Assembly (NCBI GenBank): GCA_963833425.1
Contig: CAWHXP010000018.1
Location: forward strand, 1 to 64,000
Length of the DNA: 64,000 nucleotides
Source of the DNA: an uncultured Methanosarcinaceae archaeon
GTDB taxonomy: Archaea > Halobacteriota > Methanosarcinia > Methanosarcinales > Methanosarcinaceae
Direction: 5' to 3'
Part shown: piece after piece, positions 44,570 to 56,388 of the stretch
Position numbering within the stretch: position 1 is the stretch's first letter
How the letters are laid out: each line of letters opens with the position of its first letter
Made by a program: the position numbers and the translations under genes
Notes under the pieces: model-generated
Told to the model about the DNA's origin: nothing
What the model saw: only the letters and a program-made list of their open reading frames with translations
The model's database searches: none

Positions 44570-45931
44570 TTAGTTCGTCAATGACTGAATTGGAGCCGGA
44601 ATCCTCCCCCCACGCTTTATGAAAATTTCCGAACTGAAATTGCTTACAGGCATAATAGGTGCATGTCCAAGCAACCCTCCAAATTCAACCGAGTCCCCAA
44701 CTCCTTTTCCAGGAGCCGGGATAATCCTAACTGCAGTGGTTTTTCTATTAATTACCCCTATCGCCATTTCATCAGCTATTATTGCAGAAAGAGTGGAGGT
44801 AGGCGTATCTCCAGGCACTGCGATCATATCCAGGCCGACTGAGCAGATGCTTGTCATGGCTTCTAGTTTTTCGAGGGTGAGAGCTCCAGCTTCTACAGCT
44901 TCTATCATGCCAGCGTCCTCACTTACAGGAATGAAAGCCCCACTTAGACCCCCTATGGAAGAAGATGCCATTGCCCCTCCTTTTTTCACTGCATCGTTTA
45001 GAAGAGCAAGTGCTGCAGTCGTTCCATGGGTCCCACAGCGTTCAAGTCCCATTGCTTCTAGAATGGCGGCAACGCTATCCCCTATAGTAGGCGTTGGAGC
45101 CAGGGAAAGATCAAGAATTCCGAAGTCAACTCCAATCCTGCGAGAAACCTCTCTTCCGACCATTTCACCCATGCGGGTTATTTTAAAAGCTGTTTTTTTA
45201 ATAGTCTCCGAGATCTCTGTGAGATTCGGGGTTTCAAGTTCCCGAATGGCAGCGTTCACAACGCCTGGTCCGCTTACACCCACATTAATAACACACTCAG
45301 GTTCACCAATCCCATGGAAGGCGCCGGCCATGAAAGGATTATCTTCCGGGGCATTGGCAAAGATCACAAGTTTTGCACATCCAATTCCATCCCTATCAGC
45401 AGTCATTTCTGCAGTTTTTTTGATGATATTACCCATCAAACCAATAGCATCCATATTAATTCCAGCTCTTGTGGTAGCAACATTTACTGACGAGCAAACT
45501 TTTTCAGTGCTTGCAAGAGATTCGGGGATAGAATTAATGAGTTTCAGATCTCCAGGAGTTGTGCCTTTGTGGACAAGAGCACTAAAACCTCCTATAAAGT
45601 CCACTTCTACTTCCTTTGCAGCTTCATCCATCGTTTTTGCAACGGAAACAAAATCTGGAGCTTTACAACTTTCGGCCACTATGGCTATCGGAGTTACAGA
45701 AATTCTTTTGTTGATTATTGGAATTCCATAGAGGCTCTGAATTTCATTAACCGTATGGACAAGCTCCTTTGCACGGGCAGTAATTTTTTCATATATGTTC
45801 TCATTGAAAACTTCAATATCAGGATCGCTACAATCTCTAAGACTGATTCCTAGCGTCACTGTCCTGATATCTAGGTGCTCCATTCTGACCATCCGAATTG
45901 TTTCCATAATTTCATAAGGGTTTATATGCAT
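44570..45931 (-). CDS. DUF711/UPF0210 (PFL-like) protein
   Basis: [43 protein letters not shown]. Confidence 0.92.
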   Translation of the reverse strand: MHINPYEIMETIRMVRMEHLDIRTVTLGISLRDCSDPDIEVFNENIYEKITARAKELVHTVNEIQSLYGIPIINKRISVTPIAIVAESCKAPDFVSVAKTMDEAAKEVEVDFIGGFSALVHKGTTPGDLKLINSIPESLASTEKVCSSVNVATTRAGINMDAIGLMGNIIKKTAEMTADRDGIGCAKLVIFANAPEDNPFMAGAFHGIGEPECVINVGVSGPGVVNAAIRELETPNLTEISETIKKTAFKITRMGEMVGREVSRRIGVDFGILDLSLAPTPTIGDSVAAILEAMGLERCGTHGTTAALALLNDAVKKGGAMASSSIGGLSGAFIPVSEDAGMIEAVEAGALTLEKLEAMTSICSVGLDMIAVPGDTPTSTLSAIIADEMAIGVINRKTTAVRIIPAPGKGVGDSVEFGGLLGHAPIMPVSNFSSEIFIKRGGRIPAPIQSLTN

Positions 45932-45953
45932 GCAAATCCTCCTGATTTACTCA

Positions 45954-46232
45954 TTAGACCCTGTGCATGAAATGAAAAACGTCTTCATGCTGCACCTTGA
46001 CCTCAACTCCCATTTTCTTTCCCCCGTTATCCATAGCTTCCTGAAAAGCTGCAAGGTCAAAATTCTGCTTCGGGGCTTCTGCAAGCATGATCATGGTGAA
46101 AATGCCTTGCATAATGGTCTGACTGATATCAACAATATTCACATTGAAACTGGCCATTACTGTAGTGATCCTAGCAACTATTCCTACACAGTCGCTGCCT
46201 ATAACCGTAATAATGAAACGACTCGATGACAT
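45954..46232 (-). CDS. ACT domain protein (UPF0237)
   Basis: ITVIGSDCVGIVA, NIVDISQT, QHEDVFHFMHR; usual partner of DUF711. Confidence 0.9.
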   Translation of the reverse strand: MSSSRFIITVIGSDCVGIVARITTVMASFNVNIVDISQTIMQGIFTMIMLAEAPKQNFDLAAFQEAMDNGGKKMGVEVKVQHEDVFHFMHRV

Positions 46233-46429
46233 TGTATGTCTCCTTTTGTTTGGAATTTTTCTTCCAAGTTGATGCCCAGCTACAAACTGAGATATTTTAT
46301 TAAGTTTAAAGACCTGATGACTAATAAAATAAACTATTGATAATTATTCAAATATTTTTATTTCTAGTTTGAAACTAAAGCTGTAAAAGTAGGAATTTAT
46401 GTTTATTGTATGAATTCAAGAAACCCTAT

Positions 46430-46750
46430 AGAGAAGTTGAAAAATGCACACAGAAAAAGAGTGCTTGAAAAGAAGAAACGAGATCTGACACTTTACAAGA
46501 TGCTCATAATTGATGAAATTGACTACTTACAATTTGGATAGGACGAATTTTCACGGTCTTTTTCAGCTGATATCCAGACGTTATTTAAGAAGTGCATCAA
46601 TGATTTACCTAAAACAAGTCATCTGAAGTATCAAGAAAATATTAAGAACTATGTAATGGGAGCTAGTGTACTTGATATGCTACTCAATCGTTGTGTATAA
46701 CAATTAACACCATGGAGAAGCATTATATGTAAAAGTTAAGGAAAAAACAG
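46430..46750 (+). pseudogene. IS21 IstB-like ATPase remnant
   Basis: MLIIDEI, FQLISRRY and ASVLDMLL fragments with frameshifts. Confidence 0.65.
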
Positions 46751-48464
46751 AGAATCAAAAATGTAACCCTTATCAGTAATTTCGAGTGAATTCATGAAAT
46801 ATTGGATAGAATTTAGATCCTATGTTCAGCATATGTGTACAGATATATGAATTGTTAGTCTATTTGCTCACCATCATTCTTTGAAGGTCAGATTAATTTT
46901 TGATCTACTGTCATATTGAGAAATCAGATGGTATTTTTGTGCAACCTATGAAAAGCGAATTGTACCAAAAGGTAGATAAATTTAAACCTAACACAGTTGG
47001 GAAAATTAAATCGATTTTTAGATTATTTTCGATGCCTTTTATTCAAGCATAAAGAACCTCAAAGCTATCAGTAAAAAAATGACATTTTTTAATGGGATTG
47101 AAATCAAGTCTTTTGGTGAATCCTTATAGTAAGAAATATATGCTTCTCTAAGCATTTGAAATCCCTAATGATGGAATTGTTGTTTATCTGAAAGTTTGTA
47201 GATTTAAAAATATTTATGATAATTTTGAAAAATTAAACGTGAAATACTGAATCAAAAATATGTTGGCTATGCTTGAATCCATGAGAAAAAATACTAGCAA
47301 CAAGTCTTGGAGAAATGAATAAATCATATAGAAATAAAACATTTATGTAATGTGGAAAAGTGGCAAGCAAGGGAAAAAGAGTTCTATCGAGCACATTTAA
47401 GATTCTAATAGAGAGCTTTTCTAAAGCTGGAGTTATAAAGGATCAAAACTGGAATTTATTAGTTTGAAATTAATATTAAAGTTTCTAAATTGGTAACAAC
47501 TGAATATATTGCTGACCAAAATACAACTAAATCAAATTTATATTAAAGTATAATATAGTTAAAGATAATTATGATTCAAAAGATACACGAAAAATAGAGT
47601 TTGTGTCTATATCGTAAGTATATGCAGTTTTTGTTACCACTCTAGCCGATTTATTAACTTACTTGTCTTTTTAATGCTTTTAAATGACATTCTTCGGTAC
47701 TTATAGAAGTGATTTCGGAACTGAAGAGACTTGAAATACTGGAAGAAACTCTGCAATTTCAATAATATTATTTTTACAGGGAAAGTAGCTTGAACATATT
47801 CTAAATACAAACAATTATCTGGGCTTTTCAGTTTTTGAACTTTATTTACGTATGTTGATTCTGCTCATAGAGAACTAATATCACAATCCTGAACATACAA
47901 CCGTGAGATACTGTGAAAAGCCCTAATGTGAAGAAATTTCGGAGGGAAAAGAAAGCGAATGGTTAAAGCGCAGTACTTTGCTTTATTATTTCAAGAACCT
48001 TTCGTCAAAAAAAGAAACATATATATATTGCTAAATAGGTACTAATTTACTTACTTCCCCTAGCGGTGTCCCTCTCAATCCATATAAATGGAGCGAAATC
48101 GTGAGTAAGATAGCCGTAATATATATGTTAACTGCACTTTGATAGTGCCCTTGACAATTAATTTAATCTAAATAGTTAGTATCTCCAATTTTTTGGGAAA
48201 ATGTAAAGAAGTTTTTAAGGTTACGATTTCCTATAACTCGTGTGCTCGATTTACATCTAGATCAAATAAATTTAGTTGAAAATTTCCTTAATTGTGATAA
48301 TTTCTAAAAATTGCCCTTGATACCCAGTTTATCCAGCTTGCAAGTTTTTTGACTATTTCTCAAAAAAGATCCACATAAATAATTCGGAAAATGATCAGAG
48401 AAAATTATTACAGAATTATACTTTGGATAGAGTTATATTTTTATTCATTTATAGAGTGATCAAA

Positions 48465-49514
48465 ATGTGTGGAATAATAGGATTTATAGATAGAACAAAG
48501 TCCAAAATTGACGGGTCGAGCATAAAAGCCGCCCTCAGTCTCATGAACGAAAGAGGCAGTGGAGACGGGGCTGGCTATGCTGCATACGGAATTTATCCAG
48601 AGTATGCAAACTATTATGCCCTTCATGTTTTCTTTGACAACCTAGCTGAACCAAAACAGAAAGTTGATGAACTTCTCCAGCAATGGGGAGAAATCGTTCA
48701 CCAGGAGGAGATCCCGAACACCCCACAGATGGGCATAAGAAAAGTCCATATTCCCTGGAGATACTTTTTCAAACCCTCCGAAAACTTCAACGGAAAAATG
48801 ACTTCCGAAAAAGACGTTGTTACATACATAGTCATGCGAGTAAACGCCAATATAAACGGAGCCACAATCTTTTCCTCGGGGAAAAATATGGGAGTCTTCA
48901 AGGCTTCAGGCTGGCCAGAGGATGTAGCAAACTTTTATAGAATTGAGACTTATAAGGGATATATCTGGCTGGCCCATAACCGTTATCCTACCAACTCTCC
49001 TGGCTGGTGGGGAGGAGCACATCCATTCAACCTACTTAATTGGTCAGTAGTACATAATGGGGAAATCACATCATATGGCACAAATCAGCGCTACGTCGAA
49101 GGCTTTGGATACAAATGCACTCTGTTTACTGACACCGAGGTTGTAGCTTACCTATTCGACCTACTCGGAAGGCAGCATGAGCTTCCACATGAGATGGTTG
49201 TTCGAGCTCTTGCTCCGCCATTCTGGGATGACATAGACCATATGCCCGCAAAGGAGGCCGAACTAAACAAGGCAATTCGCCTTACCTATGGATCCGCTCT
49301 TATGAATGGACCCTTTGCAATCGTAGTCGGAACTGATGATGGTATTGTTGGTTTTACTGATAGAATCAAACTGCGACCCCTAGTTGTTGGTGAAAATGGG
49401 AACAGACTATATATCTCCAGTGAAGAAGCTGCAATAAGGGGCCTTGACCCCGAAGTTAAAAATGTTTACACTCCCAGGGCAGGAGAGCCCATAATAGGGA
49501 GGTTTATCGAATGA
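48465..49514 (+). CDS. Glutamate synthase, class II glutamine amidotransferase subunit
   Basis: N-terminal MCGIIG, HNRYPTN, AHPF, HNGEI, DTE, DRIKLRP. Confidence 0.93.
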   Translation: MCGIIGFIDRTKSKIDGSSIKAALSLMNERGSGDGAGYAAYGIYPEYANYYALHVFFDNLAEPKQKVDELLQQWGEIVHQEEIPNTPQMGIRKVHIPWRYFFKPSENFNGKMTSEKDVVTYIVMRVNANINGATIFSSGKNMGVFKASGWPEDVANFYRIETYKGYIWLAHNRYPTNSPGWWGGAHPFNLLNWSVVHNGEITSYGTNQRYVEGFGYKCTLFTDTEVVAYLFDLLGRQHELPHEMVVRALAPPFWDDIDHMPAKEAELNKAIRLTYGSALMNGPFAIVVGTDDGIVGFTDRIKLRPLVVGENGNRLYISSEEAAIRGLDPEVKNVYTPRAGEPIIGRFIE

Positions 49515-51022
49515 CTCTTGGAAGTGTACCACCTAAATTTAAGGTCGGAATTGACCGAGACCAGTGCATGGACTGTGGGCGCTGCATTGAAAACTGTTCC
49601 TATGAAGTATACCATAGGGAAAGCGACAAAATCCTGATACAATCCAGGAAATGTACGGCCTGTCTCCGTTGTGTTGCTATGTGTCCAAGGGATGCGATAA
49701 CCATTACTGAAAAACCAGTGGACTACCGCAGTCACCCTGTCTGGACAAGAGAGGTGAGGGAAGACATAATAAACCAGGCTCGTAGTGGTAAAATCATCCT
49801 TTCAGGAATGGGAAACGCCAGAGATCTACCAATTATCTATGATCGCCTTCTTCTTGATGCCTGTCAAGTCACAAATCCAAGCATCGATCCTCTGAGAGAA
49901 CCAATGGAACTCAGAACCTACATCGGAAAAAAACCATCAAAACTCAAATTAAGAAAAACTACGATTGGTGATGTAGAACTGAAAACAAAACTTGCTCCAA
50001 ATCTCAAGTTGGACACACCAATTATGATTGGGCACATGAGTTTTGGAGCTATCAGCCTGAACTCTCATCTCAGCATGGCAAAGGCAGTAACAGAAACTGG
50101 AACTTATATGGGGACTGGGGAAGGTGGGCTTCATAAGGCTCTCTATCCATACCAAGATCGTCTGATTGTTCAGGTTGCTTCAGGTCGTTTCGGTGTGAAC
50201 ATTGATTACCTTGAAAGAGGTGCTGCTATTGAAATAAAGATCGGGCAGGGAGCAAAGCCGGGTATAGGAGGACATCTACCTGGAGAAAAAGTTAACGGTG
50301 AAGTATCAAGAACTCGCATGATTCCTTTTGGTAGTGATGCAATCAGCCCGGCTCCACACCATGATATTTACAGTATCGAAGATCTCGTTCAGCTTATAAG
50401 AGGCCTGAAAGAAGCAACCGAATGGAAAAAACCTGTCTTCGTAAAGATTGCAGCTGTGCACAACGTGGCATCTATTGCTGCAGGTATTGCTCGTTCTTCC
50501 GCAGACGCAGTGGTAATTGACGGATTCCGGGGTGGTACCGGCGCAGCTCCGAAAGTCTTCAGAGACAATGTAGGAATTCCCATTGAAGTTGCAATTGCAA
50601 GTGTTGACCAGAAACTTAGGGACCAAGGTGTCAGAAACGAGATCTCAGTTATTGGAAGTGGTGGAATAAGGAGCAGCGCTGATCTTGCCAAGTCAATTGC
50701 GCTTGGTGCAGATGCTGTCTATATCGGAACTGCTGCCCTTATTTCTCTTGGCTGTAGAGTCTGCGGCAATTGCTACAGAAATCTCTGTCCCTGGGGAATT
50801 GCTACCCAACAACCGGATTTAATGAACAGGATTGATCCAGAGATGGGAGCAGTTCAGGTTGCAAATCTGATCAAAGGGTGGACTTTGGAACTCAGCGAGC
50901 TTATGGGAGCTGCAGGAATCAACAGTATAGAAAGTCTGCGTGGTAACAGGGACCGTCTGCGTGGATACATGTTAGATGAAGGAATGCTTAAAGTGTTGGA
51001 TGTACTTCCTGCAGGGGCATGA
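49511..51022 (+). CDS. Glutamate synthase FMN-binding subunit with N-terminal 2x[4Fe-4S]
   Basis: MSFGAIS, TGEGG, QVASGRFG, EIKIGQGAKPGIGGHLPGEK, CPWGIATQ. Confidence 0.95.
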   Translation: MTLGSVPPKFKVGIDRDQCMDCGRCIENCSYEVYHRESDKILIQSRKCTACLRCVAMCPRDAITITEKPVDYRSHPVWTREVREDIINQARSGKIILSGMGNARDLPIIYDRLLLDACQVTNPSIDPLREPMELRTYIGKKPSKLKLRKTTIGDVELKTKLAPNLKLDTPIMIGHMSFGAISLNSHLSMAKAVTETGTYMGTGEGGLHKALYPYQDRLIVQVASGRFGVNIDYLERGAAIEIKIGQGAKPGIGGHLPGEKVNGEVSRTRMIPFGSDAISPAPHHDIYSIEDLVQLIRGLKEATEWKKPVFVKIAAVHNVASIAAGIARSSADAVVIDGFRGGTGAAPKVFRDNVGIPIEVAIASVDQKLRDQGVRNEISVIGSGGIRSSADLAKSIALGADAVYIGTAALISLGCRVCGNCYRNLCPWGIATQQPDLMNRIDPEMGAVQVANLIKGWTLELSELMGAAGINSIESLRGNRDRLRGYMLDEGMLKVLDVLPAGA

Positions 51023-51771
51023 TTGAAATGAAGACAATAAGAATCGATGCAAAGGGCATGCATTACACTCCACTTAACCAAAAAATAAGGGCTACAGTTG
51101 CTGACGGAGCAGGAGAGATTATCCTTGACAACGTTCTAGGACAACGTTTTATTGGAACTGGTTTAAAGAGTAATGTTCTGATCATAATAAACGGAGTCCC
51201 AGGAGGGGACTTAGGAATGTTCATGAGCGGGCCGATTTGTATTATAAATGGGAATGCGGAGCATGCTCCAGGAAACACGATGGATAGCGGTATGCTTGTA
51301 ATCCATGGGAGCGCAGGAGACGCGGTATCTCACAGTATGCGGGGAGGTAAAGTTTTCATAAGAGATAATATTGGATACCGGGGCGGCATTCACATGAAAC
51401 AGTATAAAGAGGAAACCAGGCCTATACTTGTTGTTGGAGGCACAGCTCACTCCTTTCTTGGAGAATATATGGCAGGAGGCCTTGTGCTTGTGCTTGGTAT
51501 AGGCAAGGAAAAATCCATTACTGACAGGGGTATCGGAAGTGGGATCCACGGTGGAGAGATTATTATCCGCGGAGAAGTGGACGACTATCTTCTTGGCGTA
51601 GGTGCCAAGAAATTTCAGTTTAATGAGAGCGACCTCGAACGCATTGCTCCGGTGATTAAGAATTTCTGCGAATACTTCAAGCTTGATCCCGCAGAGTTTC
51701 TGGACACTAACTACACGAGGATCGCACCTGCAAGCAGCCGTCCTTTTGCAAACAAATACGTTTGGGAGTGA
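51019..51771 (+). CDS. Glutamate synthase GXGXG-domain subunit
   Basis: GQRFIG, GNTM, GEYMAGG beta-helix repeats. Confidence 0.9.
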   Translation: MIEMKTIRIDAKGMHYTPLNQKIRATVADGAGEIILDNVLGQRFIGTGLKSNVLIIINGVPGGDLGMFMSGPICIINGNAEHAPGNTMDSGMLVIHGSAGDAVSHSMRGGKVFIRDNIGYRGGIHMKQYKEETRPILVVGGTAHSFLGEYMAGGLVLVLGIGKEKSITDRGIGSGIHGGEIIIRGEVDDYLLGVGAKKFQFNESDLERIAPVIKNFCEYFKLDPAEFLDTNYTRIAPASSRPFANKYVWE

Positions 51772-51777
51772 TCATAA

Positions 51778-52812
51778 ATGGCAGAAAAGAAATCAATAAG
51801 TAAGAATTACCTTGACCTTAAATCAAGAGTATGGGACGAAGAAATTTGCTCTGGTTGTGGAGCCTGCATTGCAGTCTGCCCTGCTGATGCCTTGTACTTC
51901 GAAATCGGCACCAATTCCCTCCATCCACAGAGCAATAATTACTGTAAATCAGCTGTTGATGATGTACCCTGTGGAGCCTGCTACGAAGTCTGCCCCAGAG
52001 TCGATGAAAAGCATTTAGGTCTTCTTGGGGACTACCTGGAAATTACTGCTGGGAAAGCAGAATTTGATATCCCTAAAAAGCAGAGTGGAGGTGCTGTTAC
52101 GGCCCTTCTTGCAAATGCTCTGGATATAGGTCTTTTAGATGCTGTGGTTACGGTTACTGAAGACCTTTGGACTCTTAAGCCTCACTCGACGATAATCACC
52201 AGAAGTGAAGCCCTAATTGCCAAGGCTGGCAGCCGTTACAACTGGTGGGTCCCGCTAATCTCTTCCCTCAAGGAAGCGGTCGTAAAGAAGAAATATAGGA
52301 ATATTGCAGTTGTCGGAGTCCCCTGCGTAGTCCAGGCAGTTCGCAAAATGCTTGAAACAGACAACCAGCTTGTGGATCCTTATAAGAAATCTATTCGTTT
52401 TGTGCTGGGGCTTTTCTGCACAGAAAGTTTCGACTACGATAAACTAATTGTAGACAAGCTGAAAAGCGAGTACGCACTAGAGCCTATGAAAGTTTGCCGT
52501 ATTGATGTAAAGGGCAAACTTGAAATCACTTGTAATGATGGGACTCAGTACGTAATTCCTCTTGCAGATCTCCAAGAAACCGTCCGCCTTGGCTGTGGTG
52601 TCTGCACAGACTTTACTGCCATCAAAGCTGATATTTCAGCTGGATCTGTTGGAAGTCCAGAGGGTTACACAACAATTATCGTCCGTACTCTTGTAGGACA
52701 GCACATCCTCGACAGCGCGGTTGCCAACAAGAAGTTGACCATAGGTGGCGAAGTCGACATTGGGGCAATCGAAAAGCTTGCAAAGAAGAAGCTTAAAAGG
52801 AAACCTGCATAA
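51778..52812 (+). CDS. FrhB-like F420-binding subunit with ferredoxin domain
   Basis: CSGCGACIAVCP, QSGGAVT, VGVPC, GLFCTESF, ADISAGSVGSP. Confidence 0.9.
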   Translation: MAEKKSISKNYLDLKSRVWDEEICSGCGACIAVCPADALYFEIGTNSLHPQSNNYCKSAVDDVPCGACYEVCPRVDEKHLGLLGDYLEITAGKAEFDIPKKQSGGAVTALLANALDIGLLDAVVTVTEDLWTLKPHSTIITRSEALIAKAGSRYNWWVPLISSLKEAVVKKKYRNIAVVGVPCVVQAVRKMLETDNQLVDPYKKSIRFVLGLFCTESFDYDKLIVDKLKSEYALEPMKVCRIDVKGKLEITCNDGTQYVIPLADLQETVRLGCGVCTDFTAIKADISAGSVGSPEGYTTIIVRTLVGQHILDSAVANKKLTIGGEVDIGAIEKLAKKKLKRKPA

Positions 52813-53051
52813 ATTAACATAGTAAAGTAGAAAAGTGAAGCTCCCAGCTTAATCTTTACCTTCTCTTTTTTAATAAGCATGTTTGAGAATTATTCAACCA
52901 AATTTATCAAACCATGTTTTGAACACGAATTAAACTACGTCTTATTTTTTCCCAGATTGAATAGTTACTATAAGTTTTAATTGTTTTTTTCTTGTTGGGA
53001 GCTCTATAACTCCCTTAATTTTGTCATATGCTAATAAATAGTGTATAAATG

Positions 53052-54051
53052 AGCTCTGTAGAAATCCTCAATTTGATGCCAATTACATCTATAATTTTTT
53101 TATCTATTTGTGTATTATTAATTTAATTTTAATCTCTTTCAATTGATAACGGAATTTCCTTGCCCTCAGTGTTTCTCCTAATTTTCTTTTAACTACATAA
53201 AATATTGTCTCCACGATATTTCTTTGATTATATTTAATTCTGTCAAAGACCAGGTTCAACTGTTTTCTATATTTTCCTATTATTTTCTCCCTTTTTCTCC
53301 CTCTTACAGGTATAATTGAATCTGCTTTGATTTCTTCTCTAATTATAGAATATATTTTTTCGGAATCGTATCCTTTTATCCATTACATAACAATCAGACT
53401 TTCTAATCTTATTTGATTGCCTTATCAGAGCATTTGCATGTTTGATTTCATGGTCTGTTTTTTGACTAATTTTCCATCCCAATATTATCTTTTTACTTGT
53501 GTCCACTGACATTGAAGTTCTCAGGAAGCTTCTTCGAAGCTTCCCTGTTCTTCTGGAATAATAACAACTTGCATATGAACTCGTAAATCCTGTTGCATCA
53601 ATCGCTGCAACAGAGACATTTTCTCCATATGAGTAAAACAGCTTTAGAATCCTTGACAGAAGAAGGTTAAACAGAGAGGAAGGAATCCTAGTTACAAACT
53701 TTTGAAGGGTAGTGAAATGTGGAATTTTATCAAGAGCAAGTTTTTCTTTTATATCGCTCATAAGGTCAATAAGTTCTACAAAATCTCGATAGTCTGTACT
53801 AATACTCTTTCAATAAAACCAGTGAAAGAAGCTGATGCTGAGTATAAACGTGTTTTGAATACTTGCAGGAATAAAGCTTCAGTCTCGAAGACTGAACAGT
53901 TTCAAGACTAGTACCAACAAATTTAATGTACTTATTAAACTTCAATATTGAATGTTCCTTCATTTTTAGCGAAAAAATAAGAAGAATATTATAACTGAAT
54001 AGTTATAATACCATGGTTTAAAAGTTCAATTTAGAGCATTTCTACAGAGCC
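53052..54051 (-). mobile_element. IS5-like insertion sequence (1000 bp, frameshifted transposase) inserted into a MITE
   Basis: IRs AGCTCTGTAGAAATCCTC (53052-53069) and GAGCATTTCTACAGAGCC (54034-54051); TSD TATAAATG at 53044-53051 and 54052-54059; KIPHFTTLQKF, AIDATGF. Confidence 0.9.
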
Positions 54052-54296
54052 TATAAATGACTATTGAAAATCAGAGACTCATCTAAATCTTCCGATATAT
54101 GCTTTTTTCTTTCTTACGTATATTAATAGCTTTTTTCAGGCGAAAGGTCAAATTTATGGCCAAAGAAAGTTTTTCTTTTTTCGAATTTAGAATTCGACAA
54201 TTGAATTATATACACATTATTATTTATATACTTCTCAGAGAATATAGCTACAGAGGATATAGCTGAAGAAAAACAATAATTTAGAAGGATATTTAC

Positions 54297-55292
54297 ATGA
54301 AAAGCGAGCCAATTACGCCGAAATTGAAAGCTTTCCTCATTTCTATAGGCGCAGTTTCCATAGATTTCTCCCTCATTCCAAGAGCTCGAGAGTCCACTGC
54401 TGGTCCAGGGGCAGGCACCAATTCAATTTTCTTCAAGTCAGGAGAAAAAAGAGTAAGACTCAGCATAAACAATGATTCTCCGCTTTCCATTCTAAATGTA
54501 GAAGATGATGAAAATGCTGCGATTTTCTATGAGGGAAAAGAGCTTGCTCGAGGAAAACTTGAGTTTGCTCCTTCTCACTGCCCTGAGCAAGCATTCATAA
54601 CCCTTTGCGAAAGGTGTATATTTGACTGTAAATACTGCCCTGTACCAAAGTTACAGGGGCATGTTAAGAATGAGGACGAGGTATTAAGCATAGTGGACGA
54701 GGTTTATAACACAAGAAATCTAAAAGCTATATCACTAACCTCAGGAATTGAAACGTCGGTTGAAGGAGAAGTCGATCGTGTACTCAAACTGCTTCCTACA
54801 CTCAAAAAGTATAATGTCCCTATCGGGGTTTCTGTATACCCTACAGGAGACTGCTCCAGAAAATTCTATGAAGCAGGTGTTTCTGAAGTCAAGTACAATG
54901 TTGAAACGATGGATCGTGAAATCTTCAAAAAAGTTTGTGGGGATCTCATACTTGATGATATCTTGAACAACCTCAAAGAAGCTGTAGAGGTTTTTGGAAA
55001 AAATAAGGTTTTCAGTAACTTTATAATCGGACTTGGAGAGAACGATACTTCTGTCATGGAAGGTATCGAAAGCCTTGCAAAAATGGGAGTTATTCCTATC
55101 CTGCGACCAGTAAACCCGCATCCTCTTAGAGTTGGAGACTGTTTTACTGAGCGGCCTTCTGCAGAGCGACTTTTAAGGCTTGCAAAAATCGAAGCCAAAA
55201 TCCTCAAGAAACATGGACTCAATCCGAAACTTGCAAGGACTATGTGCTTGAAATGCACAGGTTGTGATCTCGTTCCTTTTGTTGACCTCTAA
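54297..55292 (+). CDS. Radical SAM protein
   Basis: CIFDCKYC motif; ISLTSG, YNVET, IIGLGE. Confidence 0.9.
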   Translation: MKSEPITPKLKAFLISIGAVSIDFSLIPRARESTAGPGAGTNSIFFKSGEKRVRLSINNDSPLSILNVEDDENAAIFYEGKELARGKLEFAPSHCPEQAFITLCERCIFDCKYCPVPKLQGHVKNEDEVLSIVDEVYNTRNLKAISLTSGIETSVEGEVDRVLKLLPTLKKYNVPIGVSVYPTGDCSRKFYEAGVSEVKYNVETMDREIFKKVCGDLILDDILNNLKEAVEVFGKNKVFSNFIIGLGENDTSVMEGIESLAKMGVIPILRPVNPHPLRVGDCFTERPSAERLLRLAKIEAKILKKHGLNPKLARTMCLKCTGCDLVPFVDL

Positions 55293-55539
55293 TTAAGCCT
55301 GAAAGTACATGAAATTATGTTCCTCAAGTACTACTAGTACTCTTATCATAATTGAGAAATTTTTACGAATTTTTTATACATTAATCAACTGAATAGGTCC
55401 CAATAACAACGATCCCCTTCCTTTGAATTTCTCCTTTTTGATATATATTCCATCTTCTACATCTCGTAATTTACAATCCTATGCTTTATTATTGTGACAA
55501 TTTTCCTTATCAGTGCAATAATTGCCTTTGAATGTCCGA

Positions 55540-55850
55540 TTATTTCTTCTTACGATTAAAAAACCATCTTAGTCGCTATTTTTCTTTCTCGCTTAGTTTG
55601 AGTAATCTGTATTAGAATTTGCCTTGCTTCCGTTGATTTTACTTGTTATGATCCCACAGTTATAAAATTTATGTTAATATTTGCATACATCTTGGACTAA
55701 TCCAAGCCAAAAAGCAGGCTGATATCTAAAAAAATTATTGAAATCGCCTAGTTCAGCAATTGAAGTTACTGCACTAATTTTTCCAATACCAGGAAAATAA
55801 ATTGAAACTAATAAACTTTCAATAAAGAGAAAATCCAAATGGTAATAAAG
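55540..55850 (-). pseudogene. IS110-family transposase remnant
   Basis: PGIGKISAVTSIAELGDF...WLGLV. Confidence 0.65.
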
Positions 55851-55872
55851 AATCTCTGCAATTATAGATTCA

Positions 55873-56388
55873 ATGACACTTTTATCCAGCACTGAACTTA
55901 GAAAACTTATACGTGCAAATCCTCCTTTGCTTGAAAATGCAATTGATATCGAAACACAGATTCAGCCTAATGGGCTTGAACTTACCCTAAAAGAGATAAA
56001 AGCAATAAACGGTCCAGGAGCCTTAGATTTTGATAATACCGGAAGAAAACTCCCAGATTCAAAAACTATTGAATTCCGCAGCGATGGCTGGATTCATATA
56101 CCAGAAGGGATTTACAAAATACTTTTCAATGAGGTTTTAAATATTCCCATGAATTTAGCTGCGATAGCAAAGCCTCGATCAAGCCTTATTCGTTGCGGGG
56201 CTACTCTTGAAACCGCTGTGTGGGATGCGGGATACAGAGGACGCAGTGAATCAATGCTTGTAGTTTATAATCATTCAGGCTTCAGGGTGAAGAGGAATGC
56301 TCGAATTATACAGCTTCTATTCTATACTTTAGAAAAAGAAGTAGAAAAAGGATACTCAGGCATATACCAGGACGAGAACACAAAATGA
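55873..56388 (+). CDS. Trimeric dUTPase (dUTPase/dCTP deaminase family)
   Basis: QIQPNGLELT, PRSSLIRCG, AVWDAGYRG, YSGIYQ. Confidence 0.88.
   Translation: MTLLSSTELRKLIRANPPLLENAIDIETQIQPNGLELTLKEIKAINGPGALDFDNTGRKLPDSKTIEFRSDGWIHIPEGIYKILFNEVLNIPMNLAAIAKPRSSLIRCGATLETAVWDAGYRGRSESMLVVYNHSGFRVKRNARIIQLLFYTLEKEVEKGYSGIYQDENTK

Noticed and set aside
44619..45731. 370-aa antisense ORF
   Set aside because: Mirror frame of the DUF711 gene with no recognisable motifs.
47900..48464. NrpR operator upstream of glutamate synthase
   Set aside because: No GGAA-N6-TTCC match found by eye.
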